Shown: positions 1 to 12,259, counted from the first letter of the stretch. The stretch is DNA of 64,000 nucleotides from Octopus sinensis (GCF_006345805.1 NC_043018.1:6758001-6822000); one strand, 5' to 3'. Notes: generated from the letters alone by a model not told the origin. Translations and numbers: made by a program.

Positions 1-96
1 CATACATACATACATACATACTACATACATACACACATACATCATACATACATACATACACACATACATTCATACATACATACATACAAACATACA

Positions 97-128
<32 letters not shown>

Positions 129-809
129 CATACATACACAATCTACATACATACATACTATATACATACATACATACAAACATACATACATACATACGTA
201 CATACATGCATACATACATACATACATACATACATACATACATACATACATACATACATACATACATACTACATACGTACATACATGCATACATACATAC
301 ATACCATACATACATACATACACACATCATACATACATACATACATACATACATCATACATACATACACATACATACATACATACATACATACATACTAC
401 CCATACATACATACATACATACATACATACATACATACATACATACATCATAATACACACATACATTCAACATACATACATACATACATACATACATACA
501 TACATACATCATACATACGTACATACATCACACACACATACGTACATACTACATACATACATACATACATACATACATACATACATACATACGTACATCC
601 ATGCATACACACATACGTACATACATACATACATACATACTACATACATATACAACATACATACATACATACATACCTACATACATACATACATACATCA
701 TACATACATACATACATACACATACATACATACATACATACATACATACATACATACATACATAATTCATACACACATACATACATACATACATACATAC
801 ATACATACA

Positions 810-840
<31 letters not shown>
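1..840. repeat. (CATA)n tetranucleotide array, imperfect, runs off the window start
   Basis: Directly visible; source of the spurious HTYI/MYVC ORFs. Confidence 0.98.
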
Positions 841-841
<1 letters not shown>

Positions 842-1566
842 AGCCTTGTATCTTTGTTGGAAACCAGTTCCCACCTCAGTGAAAGATTTATAATTAAGAC
901 TAAAAGAGGCATACATACATACAGACAGACAGACAAATAAATACACAAACATGCACACACATTAATCACATACAAACACACGCATAAAACCACACACACC
1001 CACACATATGCTTACTCACACAAAACACACATGTTTAAAACATGAAATTCTTATATGCCAACATCTATGAAAAACTGGAAAAGAATTCTTGAAATTTAAC
1101 TCCAATCATTCCTCCCCTCCACTTCTCCTCCCTCCATTCCCCCACTACACATCGGCAAAATTGTCATATTTGGTAACATTCTGTGGAGTCACTTGTGTGT
1201 TCTTTGCAGAGGACCACACATCAAACGCACAAGACTTTATCGTATCATCTGCTTTGTCATTCATGTCACTTACTAAATAGAAATTTTGTGTGTGTATATA
1301 TATATGTATATATACATACATAAATGTGTATGTGTATATATGTATATACACATACATGTGTGTGTATATACATATATATATATATGTATATACATGTGTG
1401 TATATATATGTGTGTATATGTATATATATATATGTATATGTATATATATATAGATATATATACACACACATATATATATATGCACATATGTATTTATGTA
1501 TATACATATATATAAATATATATATGTATACACACACATATACTGACACACACATACATATGCAAG

Positions 1567-1606
<40 letters not shown>

Positions 1607-1853
1607 GGCATACATATGTATATAATAAATAAAAAATTGTTATTTCTAAATTTCTGAACTGAGAAACATTCAGTAACAGTTTTCGAGAATAAAGATTATA
1701 TGCTAACAAAATGTGGCAGTTCTTATTAGGACGATTGTTACTGTTATTTAGCCCTGGGAAACATCGTCTCCAGCTGGCTATACCACACACTATCTGCGTC
1801 CTTATATTTTCAAACAAGGTTGTTTCGCATCTCCATTCAGCTCAAAGCAATAT

Positions 1854-1897
1854 CTGCGTACCAATGGTTGCTGGGTTATTTCTCTTCATCAGCACAG
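1854..1897 (-). ncRNA. Degenerate type I hammerhead-like motif (Penelope-type relic)
   Basis: Minus strand reads CTGTG-CTGATGA-agagaaataaccca-GCAA-CCATTGG-TA-CGCAG. Stems I and III pair, but GAAA is mutated to GCAA and stem II has decayed. Confidence 0.45.
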
Positions 1898-2069
1898 CAT
1901 AACTGCTCAGCTAGAGATGGCACTACTAAACTCTTGTTCAAAATATATACTTTTCAAAGTGACACACAGTCACTGATCTAATAAATAGAAAATTATTATT
2001 TCCAAATCTATAAACGAGAGACCTTCGGTAACCGTACTCTAGAATAAAGATCATTTGCCAACATAACAG

Positions 2070-2300
2070 TGATAGGGGGAGGGACAAACAGAAACATAAA
2101 GGCACAAACACACGTATATATATATATATATATATATACACAACAGGCTTCTTTCAGTTTCTGTCTACCAAATCCACTCACAAGGCTTTGGTCAGCCCCA
2201 GCCCTACGTCATAGGAGAAGACACTTACCCAAGGTGCCACGCAGTGGAACTGAACCTGGAATCATGTGGTTGGGAAGCAAGCTTATTACCACACAGCCAT
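2070..2300 (-). mobile_element. tRNA-derived SINE, family A (partial)
   Basis: Reverse complement of the 6185-6590 element. Confidence 0.85.
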
Positions 2301-2351
2301 GACTATTTATATTATACATACATATTTACCTATAAATATCATCATCATCAT

Positions 2352-2520
2352 AATGTGGCGAGAATGGATGAGGATGAGGATAGTTGTGTGAAAAAGTGCC
2401 ATACCCAAGTGGCTGAGTTGAACCTGCGGAAGAGGTAGACCCAGGAAGACCTGGGATGAAGTGGTGAAGCATGACCTTCGAACTTTAGGCCTCACGGAGG
2501 AAATGACTAGTGACCAAGAC
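2352..2520 (+). mobile_element. RTE LINE fragment, end of ORF
   Basis: Encodes CVKKCH...GRPRKTWDEVVKHDLRTLGLT; matches 19293-19553 in reverse. Confidence 0.85.
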
Positions 2521-3685
2521 TTTTGTCCCCTGTATGTTTAGCCCCCTGTGGGCAATAAAAAAAGAAAGAAATATGTATGTATACTTGTATGTATGTGTTG
2601 TATAATGAAACTGTAAACCCCACCTGGGAAAAAGTGGTAGTAACCAGCCATTACAAATAAACGAGTAGTGGGTTGACAGAAGGAAGGTCAGAAGGTCGAG
2701 AGTACATGTAGACAGTGTTGATAGTTGTATCTCTGCTGATATGGTAACTGTACTGTGATACTGAGTGGACATTATAACGCTCCAACCTTTTCAGGATAAT
2801 AACACTGTACGACTGGGGGTCGCATAGTGCCAGATAGAACCATCCTATCGACGACTTGGGGGGGAATATAAGAATATCTGTCAGAGCAACAACCGTAATC
2901 AAAAGACAGATACAACAGTGGCAAAAGAACGCTTTACAACAGTACGTATGTATGTGTGTATGTATGTATGTATGTATGTATGTATGTATGTTCGTATGTA
3001 TGTTCTCTTCCATTATTAATCATTAAAATACTTCCTCCGAGGAAGGAGCTAGTTTCTAACAGAGGTACAAGGCTCCATCATTGGAATGTAGATAACAAAA
3101 TCAACGCTACATTTTAAACTTGAGAAAAGCCTCGCGTATTTTTACTGTTCCACTTATTTTTACTGTATTTATGATGTGCAAATTAGCTGGTTGATTTTTT
3201 TTCTGAAAAAATCCAAACCTATCCAACCCGTCAGTTAGGCATTTAACCACAAAACCATCTGCGTCAATTATATACGTAATTATGAAATTATGTATATATT
3301 TATAATATATGTAACATATACACAAATATCGTCATCAACATCGTCATCATAATCATTCTTAAATAAATACATATATATGTGGGAGGGGGGGGCTGTCAGT
3401 CTGTGCTTGTGGTATGTAGGTATGTGGTGTGCATGCAACGGTATGCGTATGCAAGCGTGCGTCTTTAGGTTTGAAGCTTCTCAAATGCCAAAACAAAAAA
3501 TTTTTTGTAATAAGAATTATTTGGAAATATGATATAAATCAAAAATTGAAACCTAAATGTTAGACTGATGATGATGATGACAGTGCTGAGGAGGAGGAGG
3601 AGGAGGAGAAGAAGAAGCAGGAAGATGATGTTGAGGGAAATGATGGCATTTCATTTTTGTCGTTGCCCTCCTCCTCCTCCTCCTC

Positions 3686-3735
<50 letters not shown>

Positions 3736-4004
3736 CTTCTTTTTAACATCTGTTTTTTTTACGTTGGCATGGGTCGGAAGGGATTCATTCAAACAGACTT
3801 TCTGCAGCTGGATGCTCTTCCTGTCATTATCCCTCACCTGTTCTCCAGCAAAGTAATATTTTCTCCTTCTCCAAACATTTTTTCATAGGAGATTACAAAC
3901 AAAGGGCACTCACTGCAGGCAGGACAGGGATGTTTGTATATCTATCTATCTATCTATTTACTTACCAATCTATCTTTTCATCTATCTATCCACCCATATA
4001 TCTG

Positions 4005-4041
<37 letters not shown>

Positions 4042-4045
4042 TTAT

Positions 4046-4085
<40 letters not shown>

Positions 4086-4254
4086 ATCTTTGGGTATCTG
4101 TCTATCTATCTACCTGTCTGTCTGTCTATTCTTCTCATTATCCATCCATCCATCCGTCTGTCTGTCTAAAACCTTTTATCCCTGCATGTTATCTGTCAAC
4201 AGATATAACCATTAAAACCCAAATCAACAACAAAACTCATCTGTTATCCTATAT

Positions 4255-4582
4255 TCATCATCATCATCATCATTGTTTAACATCCGCTTTTCATGCTAGC
4301 ATGGGTTGGACGATTTGACTGAGGACTGGTGAACCAGATGGCTGCACCAGGCTTCAATCTTGATCTGGCAGAGTTTCTACAGCTGAATGTCCTTCCTAAC
4401 GCCAACCACTCCGAGAGTGTAGTGGGTGCTTTTACATGTCACCGGCACAAGGGCCAGTCAGGCGGTACTGGCAATGGCCACACTCAAATGGTGTTTTTTA
4501 TGTGCCACCTGCACAGGAGCCAGTCCAGCGGCACTGGCAACGACCTCACTCGAAGGATTTTTTCATGTGCCACCAGCACAAG
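4255..4582 (-). mobile_element. RTE 3' end with (GAT)n tail
   Basis: Matches the 3' terminus of the RTE at 17268-20770. Further copies near 3740, 23290, 25415, 32070, 32765, 56360 and 62600-63115. Confidence 0.85.
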
Positions 4583-5324
4583 TGCTCTCATTGTTCCACA
4601 GTCCATTGACCACATATCAAAGGACAATTATGTAAGAGTCATACTTCAACTAATTTAAGTTTATATTAAGTTTTCTAATATATGCAATGTTGTGTATGAT
4701 TATTTATCAATTATTTAATCTTGCCACCAATAAATACATGGTATGCAAATTAGTCTAGCCCACAAGTTCTAGATTGTAGCTGATATGAATAGCAATTACT
4801 ATAAATTCTCTTTTTGGGTATAGGAATCAGGAGGTACTTGCTTTTGAATGAGTGGTTAATAAACTGCATGTGATATCAAGATATTTCCTTTTATTTTTGT
4901 TTTTACATCTGTTTTAAGCACCAGAAATTTTATTTTGGGGGCTGTAATGCACATAAATATGTTTGTATTTAACTTTGTAAGTATGTATATATGTGTATAT
5001 ATGTGGAAGCAAGTATGAGTGGATTAGAAAGTTTTAAACTGGCCACACAAGTCTGAAGCCTGAAGAGGGTGCAGCGTGCTCAGGAACCTCCACCAATGAT
5101 GTGAAGATTCAACAAGCTCAAGAGATGGTGCTGACAAACTGACCAGTGGTCATCAAAGAGGTGGCATGTTCTCCACAAATTAGTCATGGTTCTGAATATA
5201 AAACTATCCACAGAAAGCTTTGCTTCAGTGAAGTCTGTGTGAGATGGGTACCAAGAGAGCCTACCAAAGCCCATAAGTGAAATTATGTGGAGATCTGTCA
5301 ATATGTACTTGACCCCGTTACAAC

Positions 5325-5910
5325 AATGGATGTTGGACACAGTGTGAGACGACTGTTGTTATCATTAGGCCTAACTCATCGTAAAGTCAATACCACCATG
5401 ACCGATATCCAATCTACAGTGGAGAAGGCTAGCCACTGGATTTGGTTATAAAGAGACGATGGCTAGAAGAATATTGAGTTTTATTTGATAACCAGCTGAT
5501 CTAGCAAGCAGGGTCTCATATCAGTGAGGGGGGGGGGGGCAGTGTGCATTGATGCCTATTTCTTTATTACCCACAAGGGACTAAACATAGAGGGGACAAA
5601 CATGGACAGACATAGGTATTAAGTCGATTACATCGACCCCAGTGCGTAACTGGTACTTAATTTATCAACCCCGAAAGGATGAAAGGCAAAGTCGACCTTG
5701 GCGGAATTTGAACTCACAACATAACGGCAGACGAAATACCGCTAAGCATTTCACCCAGCGCGCTAACGATTCTGCCAGCTCGCCGCCTCGTGCGCATTGA
5801 TGCCATCGAGAGGTAGGCCCTGAAACAGCACGCATTCTCTTCTGATGACCCCATACACTTGCTGGCTTCCGGTATGCGGAGGTTTGACTGGTAGCACTTG
5901 CATGTGCAAG
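5325..5910 (+). mobile_element. 3' fragment of an RLE non-LTR retrotransposon (HERO/NeSL-like), nested in the mariner
   Basis: Encodes GHSVRRLLLSLGLTHRKVNTTMTDIQSTVEKASHWIWL*RDD, resembling HERO-clade C-termini, followed by a putative 3' UTR. Confidence 0.6.
5557..5789 (-). mobile_element. SINE family B, full length, with 15-bp TSD
   Basis: GGCGAGCTGGCAGAA head, GAGTTCAAATTCC B-box, GCCTTTCATCCTTTCGGGG body (Nin/Deu-like from memory). TSD GTGYGCATTGATGCC at 5542-5556 and 5790-5804. Confidence 0.9.
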
Positions 5911-6184
5911 TTGTTTGCAAGACATCATTTTGGAGAGAACCATCACAGGAAACAAGACTTGAGCCCATCATTTTGAGCCAGAATCCAAGAGGCAGAACTT
6001 GGAGTGGAAAAACTTGGAGTCACCAGCAAAAGAGGAATTCAAGACTCAACCTCCAGCAGGAAATGTGATGCCAACCATTTTTGGAGATGCAAAAGAGCCT
6101 ATATAGAAATGTAACCAGGAAAAGGGGGTCTACAGTCACTAGTGATCACTAGCTGACCAACAGACTGAAACCAGTAATTTGCAC

Positions 6185-6590
6185 AGGCGCAGGAGTTGCT
6201 GTGTGGTAAGTAGCTTGCCTGCCAACCACATGGTTCTGGGTTCAGTCCCACTGTGTGACACCTTGGGCAAGTGTCTTCTACTATAGCCTCAGGCCGACCA
6301 AAGCCTTGTGAATGGATTTGGTAGACAGAAACTGAAAGAAGCCTGTCATATATATGTATATGTATATATGTGTGTGTGTATGTGTTTGTGTGTCTGTGTT
6401 TGTCCCCCTAGCATTGCTTGACAACCGATGCTGGTGTGTTTATGTCCCCATAACTTAGCGGTTCGGCAAAAGAGACCGATAGAATAAGTACTGGGCTTAC
6501 AAAGAATAAGTCCCGGGGTCGAGTTGCTCGACTAAAGGCGGTGCTCCAGCATGGCCACAGTCAAATGACTGAAACAAGTAAAAGAGAAAG
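6185..6590 (+). mobile_element. tRNA-derived SINE family A, full length, with internal (TA)/(TG) microsatellite
   Basis: A-box-like TGTGTGGTAAG, B-box-like GGTTCAGTCCC, CORE-like ACCTTGGGCAAGT; more than 15 full or partial copies in the window. Confidence 0.9.
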
Positions 6591-6722
6591 AAAACACTGA
6601 GATCTATTTGTCAAAGTAAGTGTTACTGTTGCTTAATGATGCACGCCCACATGTGGATGGCCGCACCCTACATACAGTCTAGCCATTACCCCTTCTGACT
6701 ATCACATCTTTGAATTGCTTAA

Positions 6723-7331
6723 CCCATTAGCATTTAAACCGGCCATATCCGGCCCAAATATTCTATCTGTTCTATGTTCAAACTGGCCGGATCTGGCTTT
6801 GCACACTTATCCTACAATGTCATTCTAAGAATAAGCAACTACATCCTGAAAATTTTAATGCTGCGATGTCTTTGTCTGATTAATTCAAAACAATTTCGTT
6901 ACGTAAGCATTACATTTGACAGAATAATCTGAATACTACTTACTTACTCGTACTTGTGGTGACATTCACCCTGGGCGGGTTGAGTCAGCTTCTTCTACTC
7001 ATGGAAGAAGTTTCGTGGGAATATGTGGATTTCACAAGCGGTCCCCAACAATCCCACATGTACAGACATCCTGTTTGCCGCAGATTGTCCACAGATGCAG
7101 GGACAGAACGACTGAAGAGCCACCGGTTGTCGAAACAGACACTCCAAGGATTTTTACCATAGCTCCGTCTGCTGGGTTGTGGCCCTAATACCACTCGGTG
7201 TCAGACCAATCTACCTTGGGTGGCCCTACCAGGAACCAAAGTTCCCGACGGCATAGCTCTGACACTACCCATTGCCAGCGTCTCCACCACAGTGAGGAGG
7301 GGATGGACTTTGGGGACGCAATACTAAAGGG
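6723..7331. mobile_element. piggyBac-type (TTAA) MITE containing a nested retroelement
   Basis: TTAA|CCCATTAGCATT...AATACTAAAGGG|TTAA; related copy at 35753-35957. Confidence 0.8.
6938..7319 (-). mobile_element. Short non-autonomous retroelement with (AGTA)n tail, probably RTE-derived
   Basis: AATACT direct repeat at 6932-6937 and 7320-7325; tail GTAAGTAAGTAGT on the minus strand; no tRNA boxes. Confidence 0.6.
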
Positions 7332-7656
7332 TTAAACATCCTTAACAAGGTCAACGATTTGCTATTGATAAAGAAGCACAGAAAATGGTGAAAGAGGAAA
7401 AGTTACCTTTTTGGGTCATACTGGTACCCTGGTCTATCTCAAAATTAATCACTTTTGCCAGCTGAGTGGACTGGAGCAACATGAAATGGAGTGTTTTGCT
7501 CAAGAACACAGGAAGTGGTGCATAAAATGGCTGCACTAGCAGTCAGAAACCTTCTTCTCCATGGAATCGGCAAGCTTATAGACCCCTGGAAGGATCGCAT
7601 CAAAAAGCAAGAACATAAATGATGTAATTGTTCAACACCTGCTTCTGTTTTACTAC

Positions 7657-7940
7657 TTGCCGACTTCCCTTACCTACATTGGCGTTATCGACGAGAGGCT
7701 GTACACCTTGGAGACCTGCTGCGGATGGTGGGTACGGACCGACTCGAGAGCTGCGATTCATTACGGACGCGTATTTTCCAGGGCCGCCGAGAGCGCACTG
7801 GACGCCACCCGAGACGCGGCGCTCTACAGGTACCATATCCGTATCTCCGGACGAACCGATTCCACGGACGCAGTCCTTTACGAAGAAGAGAGAACTCTTC
7901 CCGGGGTTCCCGGCAACGTCTCCGGGCTCGCTTGCATTAC
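7657..7940 (-). pseudogene. Isolated 28S rRNA fragment (~285 nt)
   Basis: Reverse complement contains conserved LSU motifs CCGCAGCAGGTCTCCAAGGTG, AATGTAGGTAAGGGAAGTCGGCAA and CCCGGGAAGAGTTCTCT. Confidence 0.92.
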
Positions 7941-7995
7941 TAAATTACAGACACAAGAGTACATATAACTTTAGACATACCCTTGTATATATATG

Positions 7996-8051
<56 letters not shown>

Positions 8052-8289
8052 GCATATATATGTGTATGTATGTATATATATATATCATATGCAAATATGT
8101 ATATGGATGAATGTTCATATCAGTAATCTACGCAGATGAAATGCGATGGATTATACTGTGCGCTTGTATGGTGTGTTCGTTGATGTCAGAGTTGATGAAG
8201 TGTATAGTTAGTTGCCAGTTTCTTGTGTGTGTTTGTGTGGTGGTTATATCAAATGTCGGTAATCTACACATTAGACACACTTGCAACAT

Positions 8290-8477
8290 TAACGATTACA
8301 ACAACAGCAAAAACAACAACAACAACAACAACAACAACAGCTGTCTTGATGAAAACAAACAATTTTGATAACAATAACAGTTAAATCAACATTATCAACA
8401 ACAACAGCAACAACAACAACGGCAATAGTAATAATAACAATAACAATAATATTAACAATGATAATAATAATGATGAC

Positions 8478-8517
<40 letters not shown>

Positions 8518-8784
8518 GTGATGATGATGGTGATAATGTTGATGACGACAATGTTGGTGGAGTTCATGATGATGATGATCATCATCATGATGATCATGAT
8601 GATCATGATGATGATGGTGATGATGGTGATGATGATGATGACGATGATGATGGTGATGACGATGATGATGGTGATGGTGATTATGATGGTGATTATGATG
8701 ATGATGATGATGATGATGATGGTGATGATGGTGATGATGGTGATGATGATGACGATGATGATGGTGATGGTGATGGTGATTATG

Positions 8785-8816
<32 letters not shown>

Positions 8817-9160
8817 GATGATGGTGATGATGGTGATGGTGATGGCAGTGGCGACGATGACAATGACGACAATGATGTTAGTGGTGGTGGCAGTGGTGGT
8901 GATGAAGATGATGATGATAACAGTAAGACTATCAAGAGTGGCAGCAGCAACATTGAAATCAATAATAACAACAACAACAACTTGAAAAGCATCAACATCA
9001 ACATCGACAACAAGAACAATAATAATATTGACAGCAGAGACTACATTAACAAAACAACACGTGTGATTATTAAGGAAAACAAGACTGTTGATAACATTAA
9101 CATTTAATATCACAGCAAAATCAACAACAACAACAATGGTAACAGCAACATTTGCACTTG
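8290..9160. repeat. Compound (AAC)/(GAT)/(GGT) trinucleotide array
   Basis: Directly visible. Confidence 0.95.
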
Positions 9161-9425
9161 ACTGAGTGGTAAGAAAGTAACAACATCAATCTTAACAAAA
9201 TTGAAAACAATAAAAGTTAAATTTCGGAGATGTACTTGCATAGCAAGTGACTTGTTCTGAGATTGTGTGCTGAAACGAAAACAACTGCAGCGTGGAAGGT
9301 GTTTGTAAGTCATTTAAGAAACACACAAAAGCCGTTCGATTCACTTCAATATTTAAGTTTAATTTGTCAAAATAAATTTGTCAATAAAAGTTAAAAAGCT
9401 ATTGAAAAGAACAACAGCAGCAACA

Positions 9426-9782
9426 GGAGGTGCAATGGCCCAGTGGTTAGGGCAGTGGACTCACAGTCGGAGGATCGCGGTTTCGATTCCAAGGCCAGGC
9501 GTTGTGTGTGTTTATTGAGTGAAAACACCTAAAGCTCCACGAGGCTCCAGCAGTGGATGGTGGCGACCCCTGTTGTACTCTTTCGCTCCAACATTCTCTC
9601 ACTCTTTCTTCCTGTTTTTTGTCCCCGACTTACTACGCAACTGCTGAGCCTGGATGCGCATTCATCCATCCGTCGATGCTCTCGGTGTCGGGGGTTGACC
9701 TGCTTTCTCTTCTGCGGGTCTTACGAATAGCAAAGGACCACGTTTCGGACTTCTCCCACTACAGAAGACCACTTTGCTCAAC
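9426..9782 (+). mobile_element. tRNA-derived SINE family C with (CAA)n tail
   Basis: A-box TGGCCCAGTGGTTAGG, B-box GGTTTCGATTCC. Head shared with 42585 and 39590-39710(-); tail shared with 35410-35580. Confidence 0.85.
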
Positions 9783-9816
9783 AACAACAGCAACAACAAC
9801 ATCAGTAACAACAATA

Positions 9817-10138
9817 GGCGTAGCTGCGTGGTACGTAGCTTGCTTCCCAGTCACATGGTTCAGGGTTCAGTCCCACTGCATGACACCTTGGGCAAGTGTC
9901 TTCTACAATAGCCTTGGAATGAACAAAGCTTTGTGAGTGGATTTGGTAGATGGAAACTGAAAAGAAGCCCATCTTCTTTCGGGCATGGCTGTGTGGTAAG
10001 AAGCTTGCTTCTTAGCCACATGGTTCCAGGTTCAGTCCTACTGCAGGGCACCTTGGACATGTGTTTTCCATTATAACCTTTGGCCATTATAAGCTTTGTG
10101 AATGGATTTAGTAGACAGAAACTGAAAGTAGCCTATTG

Positions 10139-10183
<45 letters not shown>

Positions 10184-10430
10184 GTATGTATGTATATATC
10201 TATATTTGTGTGTGTCTTTGTGTCTCTGCTTGTTCCCTGACCCATCAGCACTTGACAACCATTATTGGTGTATTTACATCCCTATATCTTAGAGGTTCGG
10301 CAAAAAGAGACCGATAGAATAAGTACTAGGCTTTAAAAGATAAGTCCTGTGGATGATTTGTTCGACTAAAACCCTTCAAAGTGTTGCTCCAGCATGGTCA
10401 CAGTCAAATAACTGAAACAAGTAAAAGAAT
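9817..10430 (+). mobile_element. SINE family A, duplicated head plus full copy
   Basis: Similarity to 6185-6590. Confidence 0.85.
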
Positions 10431-10574
10431 TTTTTAAAAAGTGAAAAAAAATTCAGCTATATTTGTAAGAATTGGTGGTGCGTCACACAAAATGCCAGTA
10501 GCACTTAGTTTTGGTTCTTAAAGTTCTGAGTCAAAATCTTATGAAGGTCAACTTTGCCTTTTGGCACTGTAGTG

Positions 10575-11235
10575 ATCAACAAAATAAAATACTGGGGGTA
10601 GATTAAAAATTCCTAGAAAACATCTTGGATAATAAAAGAATTATAATAGAAGACTAAAATAATTCAAAGTACCAGTAAAATACTGGGGGTAGATTTGAAA
10701 TTCCTTGAAAGCATCTTGGATAATAAAAGAATTATAATAGAAGACTAAAATGATTCAAAGTACCAGTAAAATACTGGGGCAGATTTGATATTCCTAGAAA
10801 GCATCCAAGATGTGGAGATTATGATGAAATAAAGTACCAGTAAATTACTGGGGGAGATTTAATATTCCTAGAAAGCAAATCTTGGATATGAATGGACTTA
10901 CGATAAAAGGCTAAGATAATTTAAAGTACCAGCAAAATAGTGGGGGTAGATTTGATATTCTTTTTAAATTTCTTGGATATAAATGGAAATATAATAAAAG
11001 ACTATGATGAAATAAAGTACCATAACATACTGGGGTAGATTTATTATTCCTGTAAAGCATTCAAGGTGTGAAGATTATGATGAAATAAAAATACCAGTAA
11101 AATACTGGGGTAGTTCAATATTCCTACAAAGCATCCTGGATATTAATGTAGGAAAATAGAAGTCTAAAACAATTTAAAGTACCAGTAAAATATTGGGGTA
11201 GATTCAATATTTCTGAAAAGTGTTTTGGATATTAA
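10575..11235. repeat. Minisatellite of ~8 units (74-92 bp) derived from the SINE B body
   Basis: AAAGTACCAGTAAAATACTGGG-like motif recurs at 10666, 10757, 10831, 10923, 11014, 11088 and 11176. Confidence 0.9.
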
Positions 11236-11444
11236 CATCCTAACTGCTAGAAATAGCTGCCAAATCACACTGTACCACCTTAAGAGAGGGAAGGTAACAT
11301 TAAACGAGGTACTCCTGGATATACCAAGCAGGAGAGATGGTCATGGTCAGAATTCTTTTGATTATATTGGGGTTGCTCATTCAGGGTTGAACAGCAACAA
11401 TAGCAACATCAACAATGATGATATGAACATGGCTGGAATAACTT

Positions 11445-11846
11445 AATCATAAGTCTGCTTGGTCACAAGTCTGCTCAGTTGTAATTCTGCATGGCTGTAA
11501 CTCTGCTCAATCATAAGTCTGCTCAGTCATAAGTCAGCTTGATCATAAGTATGCTCAATCATAAGTTTGCTCAATCATAAGTCTGCTCAGTCATCAGTCT
11601 GTTCAATCATTAGTCATATCAATCATAAGTACATCGATCATAAGTCAGCTCAATCACAAGCCTGCTCAGTCATAAGTATGCTCAATCATAAGTCAGCTCA
11701 ATCATTAGTACACTGAATCATAAGTACACTCAGTCAGAAGTTTGCTCAATCATGAATTTGCTCAGTCATAAGCCTGCTTGATCATAAGTCTGCTCAGTCC
11801 TAAGTCTTCTCAGTCTTAAGTCTACACAATCATAAGTCTGCTCAAT
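11445..11846. repeat. 16-bp minisatellite, ~25 copies (AATCATAAGTCTGCTC)
   Basis: Directly visible. Confidence 0.95.
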
Positions 11847-12223
11847 CAGGCCTGGCCTAGGCCTCAACAACAACAACAAAATTTTCAACATCAAACTCTT
11901 TACAAATTGTTAATGTCACCATCATTGTGTTTTATTTTTTTTGTTATTTCTTTGTTATTTTGTTAAACTAAAAATAAATTCCATTTAAAACTATTTCATC
12001 TCTGATTAATCGACAACAGAAAAAAGGTCAGGTCAAGAAAATAGTTTTCACTCAGAATATATATTCGAAATAACAACAACAACAACGACAACGACAACAA
12101 CAACAGCAACCACCTTTATTGTTGTTGCTGCTGAAGTTTTCACTTTGAATAATTATAATAATAATAATAATAATAGTAATAATAATAATAATAATAATCA
12201 TAGTAGTAGTAGTAGTAGTAGTA

Positions 12224-12259
<36 letters not shown>

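Larger units (their letters stand above)
5010..7620 (+). mobile_element. Decayed mariner (DD34D) transposase, split by nested insertions
   Basis: Successive pieces translate as YEWIRKF; VCVRWVPREP; ERTITGNKT*AHHFEPESKRQ; LLLNDARPH; PHPTYSLAITPSDYHIF; GIGKLIDPWKDRIKKQ. These are the WVPxEL, TGDETW, HDNARPH and YSPDLAPSD motifs in the expected order. Confidence 0.9.

Noticed and set aside
1145-1273. Possible minus-strand terminal exon [41 protein letters not shown]
   Set aside because: Plausible acceptor but no recognisable homology and no linking exons; needs RNA-seq.
42-1615. Long ORFs of HTYI/MYVC/YI repeats, and similar ORFs throughout the window
   Set aside because: Translations of (CATA)n, (TA)n, (AAT)n and (GAT)n microsatellites; no coding signal.
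2624-2878. Unique segment with minus-strand AG/GT borders
   Set aside because: All three frames hit a stop between the borders.
5815-5855. GAAAC...CTGATGA as a permuted hammerhead
   Set aside because: Stem II cannot form because both sides are C-rich.
7600-8110. GC-rich overlapping ORFs
   Set aside because: They are translations of the 28S rRNA fragment.
10575-11846. CRISPR-like repeat-spacer appearance
   Set aside because: Intervening sequences are homologous to each other, there are no cas genes and the context is eukaryotic; these are ordinary minisatellites.
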